Counted from the first letter of the stretch, positions 8,534 to 17,491 are shown. The stretch: 24,266 bases of DNA from Clostridia bacterium (GCA_019421925.1 JAHZEH010000003.1:1-24266); one strand, 5' to 3'. A program made the numbers and translations. The notes: generated from the letters alone by a model not told the origin.

Positions 8534-8554
8534 CCAATCGCTCCCGCACCCTCT

Positions 8555-9340
8555 CTATTCGAATGTAACCCTGTCCTGCAGAGCCGGGAAAGCCTTCCGG
8601 TAATCCCTGGCCTCCTCCACCCTGATCTCGCAGCGCAGAACCTGCGCTCCCTCGCCCGCCTCGGCCAACACCTCCCCAGTGGGGCATACGAACATGCTGT
8701 GCCCGGCAAATTGGGAGCCCTCCCTCTCAAAGGCGCAGTTGCAGGCCAGCAGAAAGGCCTGGTTTTCCAGGGCCCTGACCTGGTTGAAGAGCCGCCAGTG
8801 GGAGAGGCGTTGGGCGGGCCATGCCGCGGTGACAAGGAATATCTCCGCTCCTTGCTCAGCCATACGCCGGAATTGCTCAGGAAAACGCAAATCATAACAG
8901 GTGGCAAGGCCCATCCTTCCGAATTCAGTCTCCACCGTGACCGCCCGGCTCCCCGGAACCAGCCGCCTCTGTTCCTCGGACTGGAAGCCGAACAGGTGGA
9001 TTTTCCGGTAGCCGGCCAACACCTCCCCCCGCCTGCCCAGGAGGATGGAGGTATTATAGTACCTGCCCCGGTCCCTCTCCACAATACTTCCCGCGTGGAT
9101 CATGGAGCCGCAGGCCCTCGCCCACTCCCCCAAAAGGCGGCAGGTCTCCCCCTGAAACTCTTCGGAACTGGCCTCATAATCCATGAAGTTGTTAAAACCG
9201 CACCCCCACAGCTCGGGCAGCAATATAAGATCGGGGGCGTCCTCCCGCCGGAGCTCCTCCAATGCCCGGCAGACGGTCCCGAAACGATCCCTCCGGCTCT
9301 CCTCCCGCTTAATTCCCACCTGAATCGCTGCAATTTTCAT
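8555..9340 (-). CDS. Carbon-nitrogen hydrolase (nitrilase / omega-amidase family)
   Basis: 261 aa; E-K-C triad motifs LPELW, YRKIHLF, TCYDLRFPE, plus RALENQ. Confidence 0.93.
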   Translation of the reverse strand: MKIAAIQVGIKREESRRDRFGTVCRALEELRREDAPDLILLPELWGCGFNNFMDYEASSEEFQGETCRLLGEWARACGSMIHAGSIVERDRGRYYNTSILLGRRGEVLAGYRKIHLFGFQSEEQRRLVPGSRAVTVETEFGRMGLATCYDLRFPEQFRRMAEQGAEIFLVTAAWPAQRLSHWRLFNQVRALENQAFLLACNCAFEREGSQFAGHSMFVCPTGEVLAEAGEGAQVLRCEIRVEEARDYRKAFPALQDRVTFE

Positions 9341-9371
9341 GGCCTGCTCCCCGCTTTCCTTTTGATATTTT

Positions 9372-9401
9372 ATTATACCCTCCCATCCCCCGTCCCTTCA
9401 A
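9372..9401 (-). promoter_or_regulatory. Sigma-A-like promoter of the nitrilase gene
   Basis: TTGAAG-N18-TATAAT on the minus strand. Confidence 0.55.
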
Positions 9402-9467
9402 CGGCAGCCCAGGAAATCCGCCTCCCGCCCCTCTTGAATAATTCCCCGCTTTGAAGGCGCCCTGTTG

Positions 9468-9476
9468 TGGTACAAT
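9468..9476 (+). promoter_or_regulatory. Extended -10 promoter of deoD
   Basis: TGgTACAAT about 35 bp upstream of the ATG. Confidence 0.5.
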
Positions 9477-9509
9477 AAAAGAAAAGCCAGACAGAAGGAG
9501 GATTCTCAC

Positions 9510-10220
9510 ATGTCTATCCCCACCCCGCACATCGGCTGCGCCGATCCCTCCCGGATCGCCCCGACCGTCCTGATGCCGGGCGATCCCCTGCGCGCACAAT
9601 ACATCGCTGAAAACTTCCTGGAATCCCCCGAGCTCTTCAACGAGGTTCGGGGCATGCTGGGTTATACCGGCCTGTACAAAGGCAAGCGCGTATCGGTCAT
9701 GGGCAGCGGCATGGGCATGCCCTCGGCCATGATCTACTACAACGAGCTGTTCGATTTCTACGGCGTCCAGTGCATCCTGCGGGTGGGCACGGCAGGCGGT
9801 CTCCAGGACAGCCTCAAGACCCGTGACATCATCCTGGCCAGCTCGGCCTGCACCACCAGCGCCATCAACAGAACCCGCTTTATGGGATATGACTTCGCCC
9901 CGACCGCCGACTTTGGCACCCTCCTGCAAGCCTATCAAAAGGCCGGGGAGCTGGGCGTCCCCGTACGGGTGGGCCCCGTGCTGTCCTCCGACGAGTTCTA
10001 TGGACATGACGACGGCCTCGCCGCCCGCTACGCCGCCTATGGCGTGCTGGCCATCGAGATGGAGACCGCCGGGCTGTACACCCTGGCCGCCAAGTATGGC
10101 CGTAAGGCCCTGGCCATCTGCACGGTCTCCGACCACATCTTCACCGGCGAGGAGACCACCGCCCAGGAGCGCCAGACCGCCTTCCGCTCCATGATGGAAC
10201 TGGCGCTGGAGATTGCCTGA
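9510..10220 (+). CDS. deoD: Purine nucleoside phosphorylase
   Basis: ATG 9510 after AAGGAGG; PTPHI, VLMPGDPLRA, GSGMGMPS, RVGTAG, AIEMETAGLY, TVSDH. Confidence 0.96.
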   Translation: MSIPTPHIGCADPSRIAPTVLMPGDPLRAQYIAENFLESPELFNEVRGMLGYTGLYKGKRVSVMGSGMGMPSAMIYYNELFDFYGVQCILRVGTAGGLQDSLKTRDIILASSACTTSAINRTRFMGYDFAPTADFGTLLQAYQKAGELGVPVRVGPVLSSDEFYGHDDGLAARYAAYGVLAIEMETAGLYTLAAKYGRKALAICTVSDHIFTGEETTAQERQTAFRSMMELALEIA

Positions 10221-10231
10221 TGGGGGTGAGG

Positions 10232-10311
10232 GTCGCGGAACCGGCTAGCGCCGCTTCCGCGAGGGGGACGAGTCGCGAAACCGGCTTTCAGCCGCTTCCG
10301 CGAGGAGGACG
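10232..10311. repeat. Tandem pair of ~39-bp hairpin repeats
   Basis: GTCGCGGAACCGGC...GCCGCTTCCGCGAGGGGGACG (10232-10270) and a near copy at 10272-10311. Confidence 0.8.
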
Positions 10312-10318
10312 GCCCTGG

Positions 10319-10447
10319 CCTGCTCGCTCCGCTCGCGGCCGGCCACGGCCGAAGGGAATGAAAATCCTGACGGATTTTCTCCGTTCCGGCGCACCGGTCG
10401 CCGGAGCCGGATTGACGTCAAGGGGCTGCGGCCCCCTGACAACCCCC
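10319..10447 (+). repeat. Dispersed structured repeat, homologous to the MITE interior at 19834-19960
   Basis: Shared CCTGCTC, GAAAA..hairpin..TTTTC, TCCGTTC, GAGCCGGATT and GTCAAGGGG...CCCC.TGACAA.CCC blocks. Confidence 0.75.
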
Positions 10448-10452
10448 TTTGG

Positions 10453-10565
10453 GTTGGGGGGCTTTGCCCCCCTTGCCCCCCCTTTTACGGGGCTTGCGCT
10501 CTTGCCACCTCTCGTCGGGGCACGTTGGGGGGCTTTGCCCCCCTTGCCCCCCCTTTTACGGGGCT
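10453..10565. repeat. Two exact 42-bp direct repeats, period 71 bp (degenerate third copy near 10596-10620)
   Basis: GTTGGGGGGCTTTGCCCCCCTTGCCCCCCCTTTTACGGGGCT at 10453-10494 and 10524-10565. Confidence 0.9.
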
Positions 10566-10656
10566 CCCACACCTCGCCGCATCCCGCCGGGGGACGCTGG
10601 GGGCGCTATCCCCCTCTTGCGGGAACCCCTGCGCCCCTTCACCCCCCCACAAACCA

Positions 10657-10770
10657 CAGGTTCATATTTGCCTGATAATTCGGGCAAATATGAACCTGCT
10701 CAAAAGGGATTCCCGAGGGACTCCGTCCCTTGAGCCGGGGGGTGGGGGGACGGAATCCCCCAGCCCCCCC
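10657..10770 (+). repeat. REP-like three-hairpin element upstream of pepF
   Basis: Perfect 16-bp arms at 10657-10672 and 10683-10698, followed by AAAGGGATTCCCGAGGGAC and two more hairpins; same architecture as 4286-4386. Confidence 0.75.
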
Positions 10771-10800
10771 AATCATATTTTCAAAGGAGACTACCACAAC

Positions 10801-12585
10801 ATGCCAGCCAAATCCCGCGGGGAAATCCCCGCTCAATACCACTGGAAACTTGAGGACATCTACGGGAGCAACGCGGCCTGGGAGGAGGATTTCTCCAGGG
10901 CCCGCTCCCTCATCCAGGCCCTGCCTGCCTACAGCGGGACGCTCACCAGCGCCGAAAACCTTCTTGCCGCCCTTCAGGCTGTCACCCAGGCGGAGCAGAC
11001 GGCTGAAAAGATCTACACCTACGCCCATATGCGCCAGGACGAGGACAACAGCAACGCATTCTACCAGGGCCTCAACGAGCGGGCCCAGAGCCTGCTGGTG
11101 GAGCTGGAGAGCGCCTCCTCCTTCCTCAGCCCGGAAATTCTATCCATCGACCCCGATCTGCTGGAGGACTGGCGGACACAGCCCGCCCTCAAAACCTATG
11201 CCCACGCCCTGCATGACCTGACCCGCCTGCGGGCCCACACCCTCACCGCCGCCGAGGAGCGCCTGCTGGCCATGGCGGGGGAGATGGAGGCGGCCCCCCG
11301 CAATATCTACTCCATGCTGGACTACAGCGACATCCGCTTCCCCAGCACGGAGAAGGGGGAGATCACCCACGGCAACTTCGTAGACGAATATATGATGAGC
11401 CCCGACCGGGCCCTGCGGCAGGAGGCCTTCCAAAAGTTCTACGAGACCTACGCCTCCTACCGCTCCACCTACGGGGCCATGCTGACCGCGTCAGTCAAGG
11501 CCGATCTCTTCTCCGCCCGGGCCCGCAGCTTCCCCTCCTGCGCAGAGGCCGCCCTGTCGGGGGACAATGTGCCCCTCGCGGTCTATGACGCCCTGGTGGA
11601 GGCCATCCACCAGCGTCTGCCCGTCCTCCAGAAATACATGGAGCTGCGCCGCCGCATGCTGGGGGTGGAGGAGCTGCACATGTACGACCTGTACGCCCCC
11701 CTTTCCGGCGCGGAATTCCCCCTCTCATACGAGGAGGCCTGCGAGCTGGTCGTCAAGGGGCTGGCCCCTCTGGGGGAGGAATACGGGGCAGTGCTGCGCC
11801 GGGCCTTTACCGAGGGCTGGATGGACGTCTATGAGAACCGGGGCAAGACCACCGGAGCCTATAGCTGGGGGGTGCACGGCGTCCATCCCTTTGTGCTGCT
11901 CAACTATAGTGAAAACCTGGATTCCGCCTTCACCATCGCCCATGAGCTGGGCCATTCCCTGCACTCCTATTACTCCAGCGCCGCCCAGGACTATGTAAAC
12001 GCCCAGTACCCCATCCTTCTGGCGGAGGTGGCCTCCACAGTCAACGAGAACCTCCTGCTCGACTCCATGCTGGACGACCCCTCCTGGAGCCGGGAGCAGC
12101 GTATCTATCTGCTCAGCTTCCTGCTGGAACAGTTCCGCACGACTGTGTTCCGGCAGGTAATGTTCGCCGAGTTTGAGCGCATCATCCACGCCCGGGCCGA
12201 GGCGGGGGAACCCCTGGGCGGGGAGACCTTCGAGCAGATATATCTGGAGCTCAACCGCCTGTATTACGGCGAAAACGTGGTGATCGATCCCCTCATCGGC
12301 ATGGAGTGGGCCCGCATTTCCCATTTTTATAACGCCTTCTATGTCTATAAGTACGCCACCGGCTTCTCCTCGGCCGTGGCCATCGCCAGGGCCATCCGGG
12401 AGGAGGGCGCGCCCGCGGTGGAGCGCTATCGGGAGTTTTTGAGCAGCGGCGGCAAGGAGTACCCCCTGGAGACCCTCAAGAAGGCGGGGGTCGACCTGAC
12501 CAGGCCGGACGCGGTTCTCTCCGCCCTGGACGTGTTTGAATCGGCGCTCGGCCAGCTGGCCGCGTTGGTTGAGGAGGAGGGCTGA
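10801..12585 (+). CDS. pepF: Oligoendopeptidase F (M3B)
   Basis: ATG 10801 after AAAGGAG; WKLEDIY, GKTTGAYS, HELGHSLH zinc motif, AEVAST, HFYNAFYVYKYATG. Confidence 0.96.
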   Translation: MPAKSRGEIPAQYHWKLEDIYGSNAAWEEDFSRARSLIQALPAYSGTLTSAENLLAALQAVTQAEQTAEKIYTYAHMRQDEDNSNAFYQGLNERAQSLLVELESASSFLSPEILSIDPDLLEDWRTQPALKTYAHALHDLTRLRAHTLTAAEERLLAMAGEMEAAPRNIYSMLDYSDIRFPSTEKGEITHGNFVDEYMMSPDRALRQEAFQKFYETYASYRSTYGAMLTASVKADLFSARARSFPSCAEAALSGDNVPLAVYDALVEAIHQRLPVLQKYMELRRRMLGVEELHMYDLYAPLSGAEFPLSYEEACELVVKGLAPLGEEYGAVLRRAFTEGWMDVYENRGKTTGAYSWGVHGVHPFVLLNYSENLDSAFTIAHELGHSLHSYYSSAAQDYVNAQYPILLAEVASTVNENLLLDSMLDDPSWSREQRIYLLSFLLEQFRTTVFRQVMFAEFERIIHARAEAGEPLGGETFEQIYLELNRLYYGENVVIDPLIGMEWARISHFYNAFYVYKYATGFSSAVAIARAIREEGAPAVERYREFLSSGGKEYPLETLKKAGVDLTRPDAVLSALDVFESALGQLAALVEEEG

Positions 12586-12587
12586 CC

Positions 12588-12911
12588 ATGTGGGAAGAAC
12601 TGGACCGCGCAGAAGCGGCAAAGGCCGTCTCCCAGGCGCTGTGCGCCCTGCCCGCCTGCAAGAACCTCTCCCCCGCGCTGGTGGAGGAGATCGCCGCCCG
12701 GGCCATTGACGTCGACCTCGGCTATATGGAGAAGGCCGACGTCTTTTCCGGCGAGGCCTACGACGAGGACGAGGCCTATGCGGCCCTCTGCAAGGGCCTG
12801 AGCGCCGCGTTTCCCAAGCTCTCCGGCCTGGACTCCCTGGTGGACGACTACATGGAGGCTTTCGAAATCTACCTCGACTCCATCGGCGCCATCGCCTGGG
12901 ACGGGGAATAG
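12588..12911 (+). CDS. Hypothetical acidic protein, likely co-transcribed with pepF
   Basis: 107 aa; SD GAGGAGG within the pepF 3' end; host-like codon usage. Confidence 0.75.
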   Translation: MWEELDRAEAAKAVSQALCALPACKNLSPALVEEIAARAIDVDLGYMEKADVFSGEAYDEDEAYAALCKGLSAAFPKLSGLDSLVDDYMEAFEIYLDSIGAIAWDGE

Positions 12912-12920
12912 GATACGGCG

Positions 12921-13010
12921 GGGGGATGCGGCGGGGGGATTTTGTAAAATCCCCCCGTACCCCCCAAACTTTTTATGGGAAGAGGAGGACAATTATGTCC
13001 TCCTCTTCCC
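12921..13010 (+). repeat. REP-like double hairpin downstream of the 107-aa gene
   Basis: GGGGGGATTTTgtAAAATCCCCCC (12933-12956), then a perfect 15-bp stem at 12977-13010. Confidence 0.75.
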
Positions 13011-13211
13011 TTCCCAATTAATACGTCTATCTTATTGTCGTAACAAGCGTGCCGCGAAAAACCCATCAAATCCAAGAGTTGCGGAATCTCTTTAGTGGAC
13101 GTATGATAGATCATCGTGAATACTTTTGTGAAAACATGAGACTAAAAACCGCCTACTCTCTTGCAAAAAAATTCCTTGACTTCTGCTTTGAACAGCGCAT
13201 ACACTAACAAG

Positions 13212-13270
13212 GAAGAACAAAAACGCAAGTTTTTGCGGAGCTGGTGCCTGCATCGGCTCTATTTTTTTAT
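13212..13270 (+). ncRNA. Candidate small RNA with its own promoter and terminator
   Basis: TTGACT-N18-TACACT (13176-13205); CAAAAAC-GCAA-GTTTTTG hairpin (13218-13235); terminator 13238-13259 followed by T7. Confidence 0.5.
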
Positions 13271-13296
13271 TTAAAAATAAACGATCCCATCCCCCA

Positions 13297-13397
13297 ATAT
13301 CAAAAAGGCCGGATATTTCCGGCCTTTTTGATATCCCCATAAAAATTTTTGAGGGGGCCTGGGGGGACTTTTTATAAAAAGTCCCCCCAGCGTCTCC
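13297..13397 (-). repeat. REP-like double hairpin, inverted counterpart of 12921-13010
   Basis: CTGGGGGGACTTTTTatAAAAAGTCCCCCCAG (13359-13390), a TTTTTATGGG linker (minus strand) and a perfect 17-bp stem at 13297-13334. Confidence 0.75.
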
Positions 13398-13409
13398 CTT
13401 CGCCATCCC

Positions 13410-13898
13410 TCACCCCGGAATCAGCCTCATAAACAGCCCCTGCTTCCGGGCGTACTGGACAGTGCTGCACGCGCCGCCCGGCGTGCCGTTGTAGACGGCG
13501 ATGAGGCGGCTGGAGTGGTCCACCATGAAGCGGTTGCGCTCATGGAACACCCCCCTGTGATATTTGCCGCTCACAATCTCCATGCCGTCCGCGCGGTCCA
13601 GCACCCGGTCAAAGACCTCCCGCCACCGGGGTCCCCAGGCGTTCGATACCTCCGCATAGGGGAGGATGCAGACCAGTTTAATCCCAGGGTGCGTCTCCCT
13701 GAATTCGATCACCATCTCCGCCGCCCACAGGTCAATCCCCCTTGCCATACCTGTGAGGAAGGTATCATAGCCCGCTTCGGCGGCCTTTTCCACCTCGCCG
13801 CGCAGTTCGGCCTTGGCCTGTCCCATGGAGATGGAGAGCTTTTCCGGCCGGTGGCCGGTGAAGCAGCAGGTGGTGCGACGGTCGACTGTGAGGGACAT
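13410..13898 (-). CDS. SLOG family protein (YpsA/DUF1273-like)
   Basis: 162 aa; CCFTGHRP, GMARGIDLWAAE, RNRFMVDHS, AVYNG..GG...TVQYA. Confidence 0.88.
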   Translation of the reverse strand: MSLTVDRRTTCCFTGHRPEKLSISMGQAKAELRGEVEKAAEAGYDTFLTGMARGIDLWAAEMVIEFRETHPGIKLVCILPYAEVSNAWGPRWREVFDRVLDRADGMEIVSGKYHRGVFHERNRFMVDHSSRLIAVYNGTPGGACSTVQYARKQGLFMRLIPG

Positions 13899-14013
13899 GC
13901 TCTTTGCCTCCTATCCTATTTACCATCCAAATGAAATAGAATTGCAATACTTATTGGCTATATTATACCACCTTTTTGGGCATTAGAATAGTATTAAAAA
14001 AGGTGGTGAATTG

Positions 14014-14322
14014 ATGGACGCTTTGACACGCATCCGCCGGCTCATGGAGGAGCGTCATTGGACGGAATACCGGCTCGCAAAAGAATCCGGCCTCTCGCAG
14101 TCCACTATTGCAAACGTCTTTAAGCGCAACAATGTGCCCACTCTCTCCACCCTGGAATCCATCTGTTCAGCTTTCGGCATCTCCTTAGCCCAATTCTTTT
14201 CCGAAGGGGAGGACCCCGTGCCTTTGACAGAGGAGCAGAGGGAGCTCCTCACAAAATGGGCGACGCTCTCAGCAGAACAGAAGGAGATGCTTCTTACTCT
14301 CATTGATATGATACAAAAATAA
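14014..14322 (+). CDS. XRE-family HTH transcriptional regulator
   Basis: RIRRLMEERHWTEYRLAKESGLSQSTI...PTLSTLESICSAFGISLAQFF; SD AAGGTGG; divergent from the SLOG gene (alternative TTG start at 14011). Confidence 0.92.
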   Translation: MDALTRIRRLMEERHWTEYRLAKESGLSQSTIANVFKRNNVPTLSTLESICSAFGISLAQFFSEGEDPVPLTEEQRELLTKWATLSAEQKEMLLTLIDMIQK

Positions 14323-14363
14323 AACGCCGCGCTTCGAACTTTTTTCAAGCGAGGCGTTTTTTT
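14320..14363 (+). terminator. Rho-independent terminator
   Basis: AAAACGCC.CGCTT...AAGCG.GGCGTTTT stem followed by a T-run. Confidence 0.65.
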
Positions 14364-14473
14364 ATCCCCACGCTTCCAAAGGAATAGCCAGGCGGCAACC
14401 TACAAATCCTGTTACCACCCGCTCCTATCCGGGCGCGGCCTAATGTCGCGTTTCAAAGGGGCAAATTCCTCCC

Positions 14474-14529
14474 TTGACAAAGAGCGGCCGCCGCGGTATG
14501 GTATGAGCATAGACACCCCCCATGGGTGT
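14474..14529 (+). promoter_or_regulatory. copA promoter with CsoR-type operator
   Basis: TTGACA-N17-TATGGT (14474-14502); ACACCCCCCATGGGTGT pseudo-palindrome with a C-tract (14513-14529), typical of CsoR sites. Confidence 0.75.
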
Positions 14530-14565
14530 AGTGTCCTTCCGATGTGAGCAACTGTGAGGTGTATT

Positions 14566-17166
14566 ATGGTTCAACAAAAATTCAACGTCACGGGCATGAC
14601 CTGCTCGGCCTGCTCGGCCCATGTGGAGAAGGCGGTCAAAAAGCTGCCCGGCGCCGCAGAGGTGGCCGTCAGCCTTTTGACCAACAGCATGCAGGTCTCC
14701 TATGACGAATCTGTGCTGGACAGCGGGCAGATCGTTGCCGCCGTAGAGAAGGCGGGCTACGGCGCTTCCCTCTTTGAGGCCCCAAAGGGAGGCGGGAAAA
14801 CCGCCGCCCCCCGCCCGGCGGACGACGCCAAAGCGGAGATCAAGCGGATGAGACGGCGGGTGATCCTGTCCTTTGCCTTCCTCATCCCCCTGATGTACCT
14901 GTCCATGGGCCATATGATGTTTAATTGGCCGGTGCCCGCCTTCCTCGACGGCATGGGCAACACCGCCAACTATGTCCTCGCCCAGTTCCTTTTGACTCTT
15001 CCCATTGTTTACGTCAATGATAAATACTACAAGACGGGCTTCAAATCCTTGTTCCACGGCGCGCCCAACATGGATTCCCTGATCGCCATCGGCTCGACGG
15101 CCGCCCTGGTCTACGGCGTGTTCGCCATGTTCATGATCAACTACGGCATGGCGGGCCAGGATATGGAGCTGGTGCACCAGTACTCCATGGAGCTCTATCT
15201 GGAATCCGCGGCCATGATCCTGGCCCTCATCACCTTCGGCAAATTCCTGGAGGCCCGCTCCAAGGGCCGCACCTCGGACGCCATCACCAAGCTCATCAAC
15301 CTGGCCCCCAAGACGGCCATCGTCCTGCGCGGCGGCATGGAGAGCGAAATCCCCGTGGAGGAGGTGCTCCCGGGCGACATTGTGGCCGTCAAGCCCGGGG
15401 CCCGCATCCCGGTGGACGGCGTGATCACCTCGGGCAGCTCGTCGGTCGACGAGTCCGCCCTGACGGGCGAGTCCATCCCTGTGGAGAAGCAGGCGGGGGA
15501 CCAGGTCATCGCCGCCACCATCAACAAATCGGGCTCCTTCCAGTTCCGGGCCCTCAAGGTGGGGGATGACACCACACTCGCCCAGATCATCCGGCTGGTG
15601 GAGGAGGCCAGCAGCTCCAAGGCCCCCATCGCCAAGCTGGCCGACAAGGTCTCCGGCGTGTTTGTGCCCGTGGTCATGACCATCGCGGCAGTTGCCACGG
15701 TCGTATGGCTGCTGCTGGGCTACTCCTTCACCTTCGCCCTCTCCATCGGCATCTCCGTGCTGGTCATCTCCTGCCCCTGCGCCCTGGGGCTGGCCACGCC
15801 GGTGGCCATCATGGTGGGCACGGGCAAGGGCGCGGAGAACGGCATCCTCATCAAGTCCGCCGAGTCCCTGGAGATCGCCCATACTGTTAACACCGTGGTG
15901 CTCGACAAGACCGGCACCATCACCGAGGGCAAGCCCCGCGTGACGGATCTCTCCGCCCAGGGCCTTTCGGAGGAGGAGCTGCTGCGCATTGCCGCCTCCC
16001 TGGAGAAGCCCTCCGAGCATCCCCTGGCAGACGCCATCGTGGAGGAGGCCGCAAACCGGGGCCTTCCCCTCCTGCCCGTTGAGTCCTTCCTGTCCGTGCC
16101 CGGCCAGGGCGTGTCCGCCCAGGTGGACGGCGCATCCTGCCTGGCGGGCAACCGCCGCATGATGGCGGAAAACGGCGTGGAGTTCGGCGCGTTTGAACGG
16201 TTGGGCGAGGAGTATGCCGCCGCCGGCAAGACCCCCCTCTACTTTGCCCGGGAAAAGAAACTCATCGGTCTGATTGCCGTGGCAGACGTGGTCAAACCCA
16301 CCAGCCGTCAGGCCATCGCCGAGTTCGAGGCCATGGGCATTGAGGTCGTCATGCTCACAGGCGACAACGCCCGCACAGCCGAGGCCATCCGCTCCCAGCT
16401 CGGCATCTCCAAGGTGGTGGCCGAGGTGCTGCCCCAGGATAAGGAGCGGGAGATCCGCTCTCTCCAGGAGGAGGGCAAGAAGGTGGCCATGGTGGGCGAC
16501 GGCATCAACGACGCCCCCGCGCTGGCCAGAGCGGACGTGGGCATCGCCATCGGCGCAGGCACGGACGTGGCCATCGAGTCGGCGGACATTGTGCTCATGA
16601 AGAGCGACCTGCTGGACGCCGTGACGGCGGTGCAGCTCTCCAAATCGGTCATCCGAAACATCAAGCAAAACCTCTTCTGGGCGTTCTTCTACAACTCCAT
16701 CGGCATCCCGGTGGCGGCAGGCTGCTTCTATACCCTCTTCGGCCTCAAGCTCAGCCCCATGATCGGAGCCCTGGCCATGAGCTTCTCGTCGGTCTGCGTG
16801 GTAACAAACGCCCTGCGGCTCAAATTCTTCAAGCCCCACTGGCGGCGGGAGGATCTGCGCGGGAATGCCCGGCCCCAGGCCGCGCCTGCGGAGACCATCC
16901 CCGCGCCTGCAAACCAACAACCCGTCCCTCAAAATCAACAGATCAAAGGAGAAAACACCATGGAAAAGAAAATGATGATCGAAGGCATGTCCTGCGGCCA
17001 CTGCTCCGCCCGCGTAGAAAAGGCTCTGAACGCCCTGGACGGCGTGTCCGCCAAGGTGGACCTGGCCGCCAAGTGCGCCACGGTCAGCCTGTCCGCCCCT
17101 GTGGCCGACGAGGTCCTCAAGGCCGCTGTGACCGACGCAGGCTATGACGTCATCGAAATTCAGTAA
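14566..17166 (+). CDS. copA: Cu(I)-exporting P1B-type ATPase with N- and C-terminal HMA domains
   Basis: ATG 14566 after [40 protein letters not shown] and MSFSS motifs; C-terminal GMSCGHC. Confidence 0.96.
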   Translation: MVQQKFNVTGMTCSACSAHVEKAVKKLPGAAEVAVSLLTNSMQVSYDESVLDSGQIVAAVEKAGYGASLFEAPKGGGKTAAPRPADDAKAEIKRMRRRVILSFAFLIPLMYLSMGHMMFNWPVPAFLDGMGNTANYVLAQFLLTLPIVYVNDKYYKTGFKSLFHGAPNMDSLIAIGSTAALVYGVFAMFMINYGMAGQDMELVHQYSMELYLESAAMILALITFGKFLEARSKGRTSDAITKLINLAPKTAIVLRGGMESEIPVEEVLPGDIVAVKPGARIPVDGVITSGSSSVDESALTGESIPVEKQAGDQVIAATINKSGSFQFRALKVGDDTTLAQIIRLVEEASSSKAPIAKLADKVSGVFVPVVMTIAAVATVVWLLLGYSFTFALSIGISVLVISCPCALGLATPVAIMVGTGKGAENGILIKSAESLEIAHTVNTVVLDKTGTITEGKPRVTDLSAQGLSEEELLRIAASLEKPSEHPLADAIVEEAANRGLPLLPVESFLSVPGQGVSAQVDGASCLAGNRRMMAENGVEFGAFERLGEEYAAAGKTPLYFAREKKLIGLIAVADVVKPTSRQAIAEFEAMGIEVVMLTGDNARTAEAIRSQLGISKVVAEVLPQDKEREIRSLQEEGKKVAMVGDGINDAPALARADVGIAIGAGTDVAIESADIVLMKSDLLDAVTAVQLSKSVIRNIKQNLFWAFFYNSIGIPVAAGCFYTLFGLKLSPMIGALAMSFSSVCVVTNALRLKFFKPHWRREDLRGNARPQAAPAETIPAPANQQPVPQNQQIKGENTMEKKMMIEGMSCGHCSARVEKALNALDGVSAKVDLAAKCATVSLSAPVADEVLKAAVTDAGYDVIEIQ

Positions 17167-17224
17167 CTGCTGCACCCAGTGCGCACAGAGCGGGAAAGCG
17201 CAAGACGCAAAGGAGGAGAGCACC

Positions 17225-17491
17225 ATGCAAGCGGACAAAGCAGGCGTATCCCGGCTGCTCAAGACGGCCCGGGGGCAGATCGACGGTATCCTCAAAATGA
17301 TCGAGGAGGACCGTTACTGCATCGATGTCTCCAACCAGCTCCTGGCAACCCAATCCATCCTGCGCAAGGCCAATCAGCAGATTATCCGCTCCCACATGGA
17401 GCACTGCGTGGCGGACGCCTTTGCCAGCGGCAATCACCCCCAGGAAAAAATCGAAGAAATCCTAAATGTCATGGACAAAATGTCACGATAA
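17225..17491 (+). CDS. csoR: Copper-sensing repressor, CsoR family
   Basis: ATG 17225 after [17 protein letters not shown]...RYCIDV...HMEHCV (C-H-C ligands). Confidence 0.92.
   Translation: MQADKAGVSRLLKTARGQIDGILKMIEEDRYCIDVSNQLLATQSILRKANQQIIRSHMEHCVADAFASGNHPQEKIEEILNVMDKMSR

Noticed and set aside
8258..8554. Prophage att site or tRNA at the module boundary
   Set aside because: No tRNA fold, integrase or matching direct repeat is visible in the window; the other boundary is not available.
9341..9509. Purine riboswitch upstream of deoD
   Set aside because: The predicted leader is only ~30 nt and no purine aptamer consensus is seen.
10453..10620. 42-bp repeats with a 29-bp spacer resembling a mini CRISPR array
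   Set aside because: Only two exact copies, a low-complexity G/C-run repeat, spacers that resemble each other, and no cas genes or leader; better explained as a tandem REP-like duplication.
10525..10800. 92-aa N-terminal extension of PepF in the ORF track
   Set aside because: It runs through repeat DNA; the SD and PepF similarity begin at ATG 10801.
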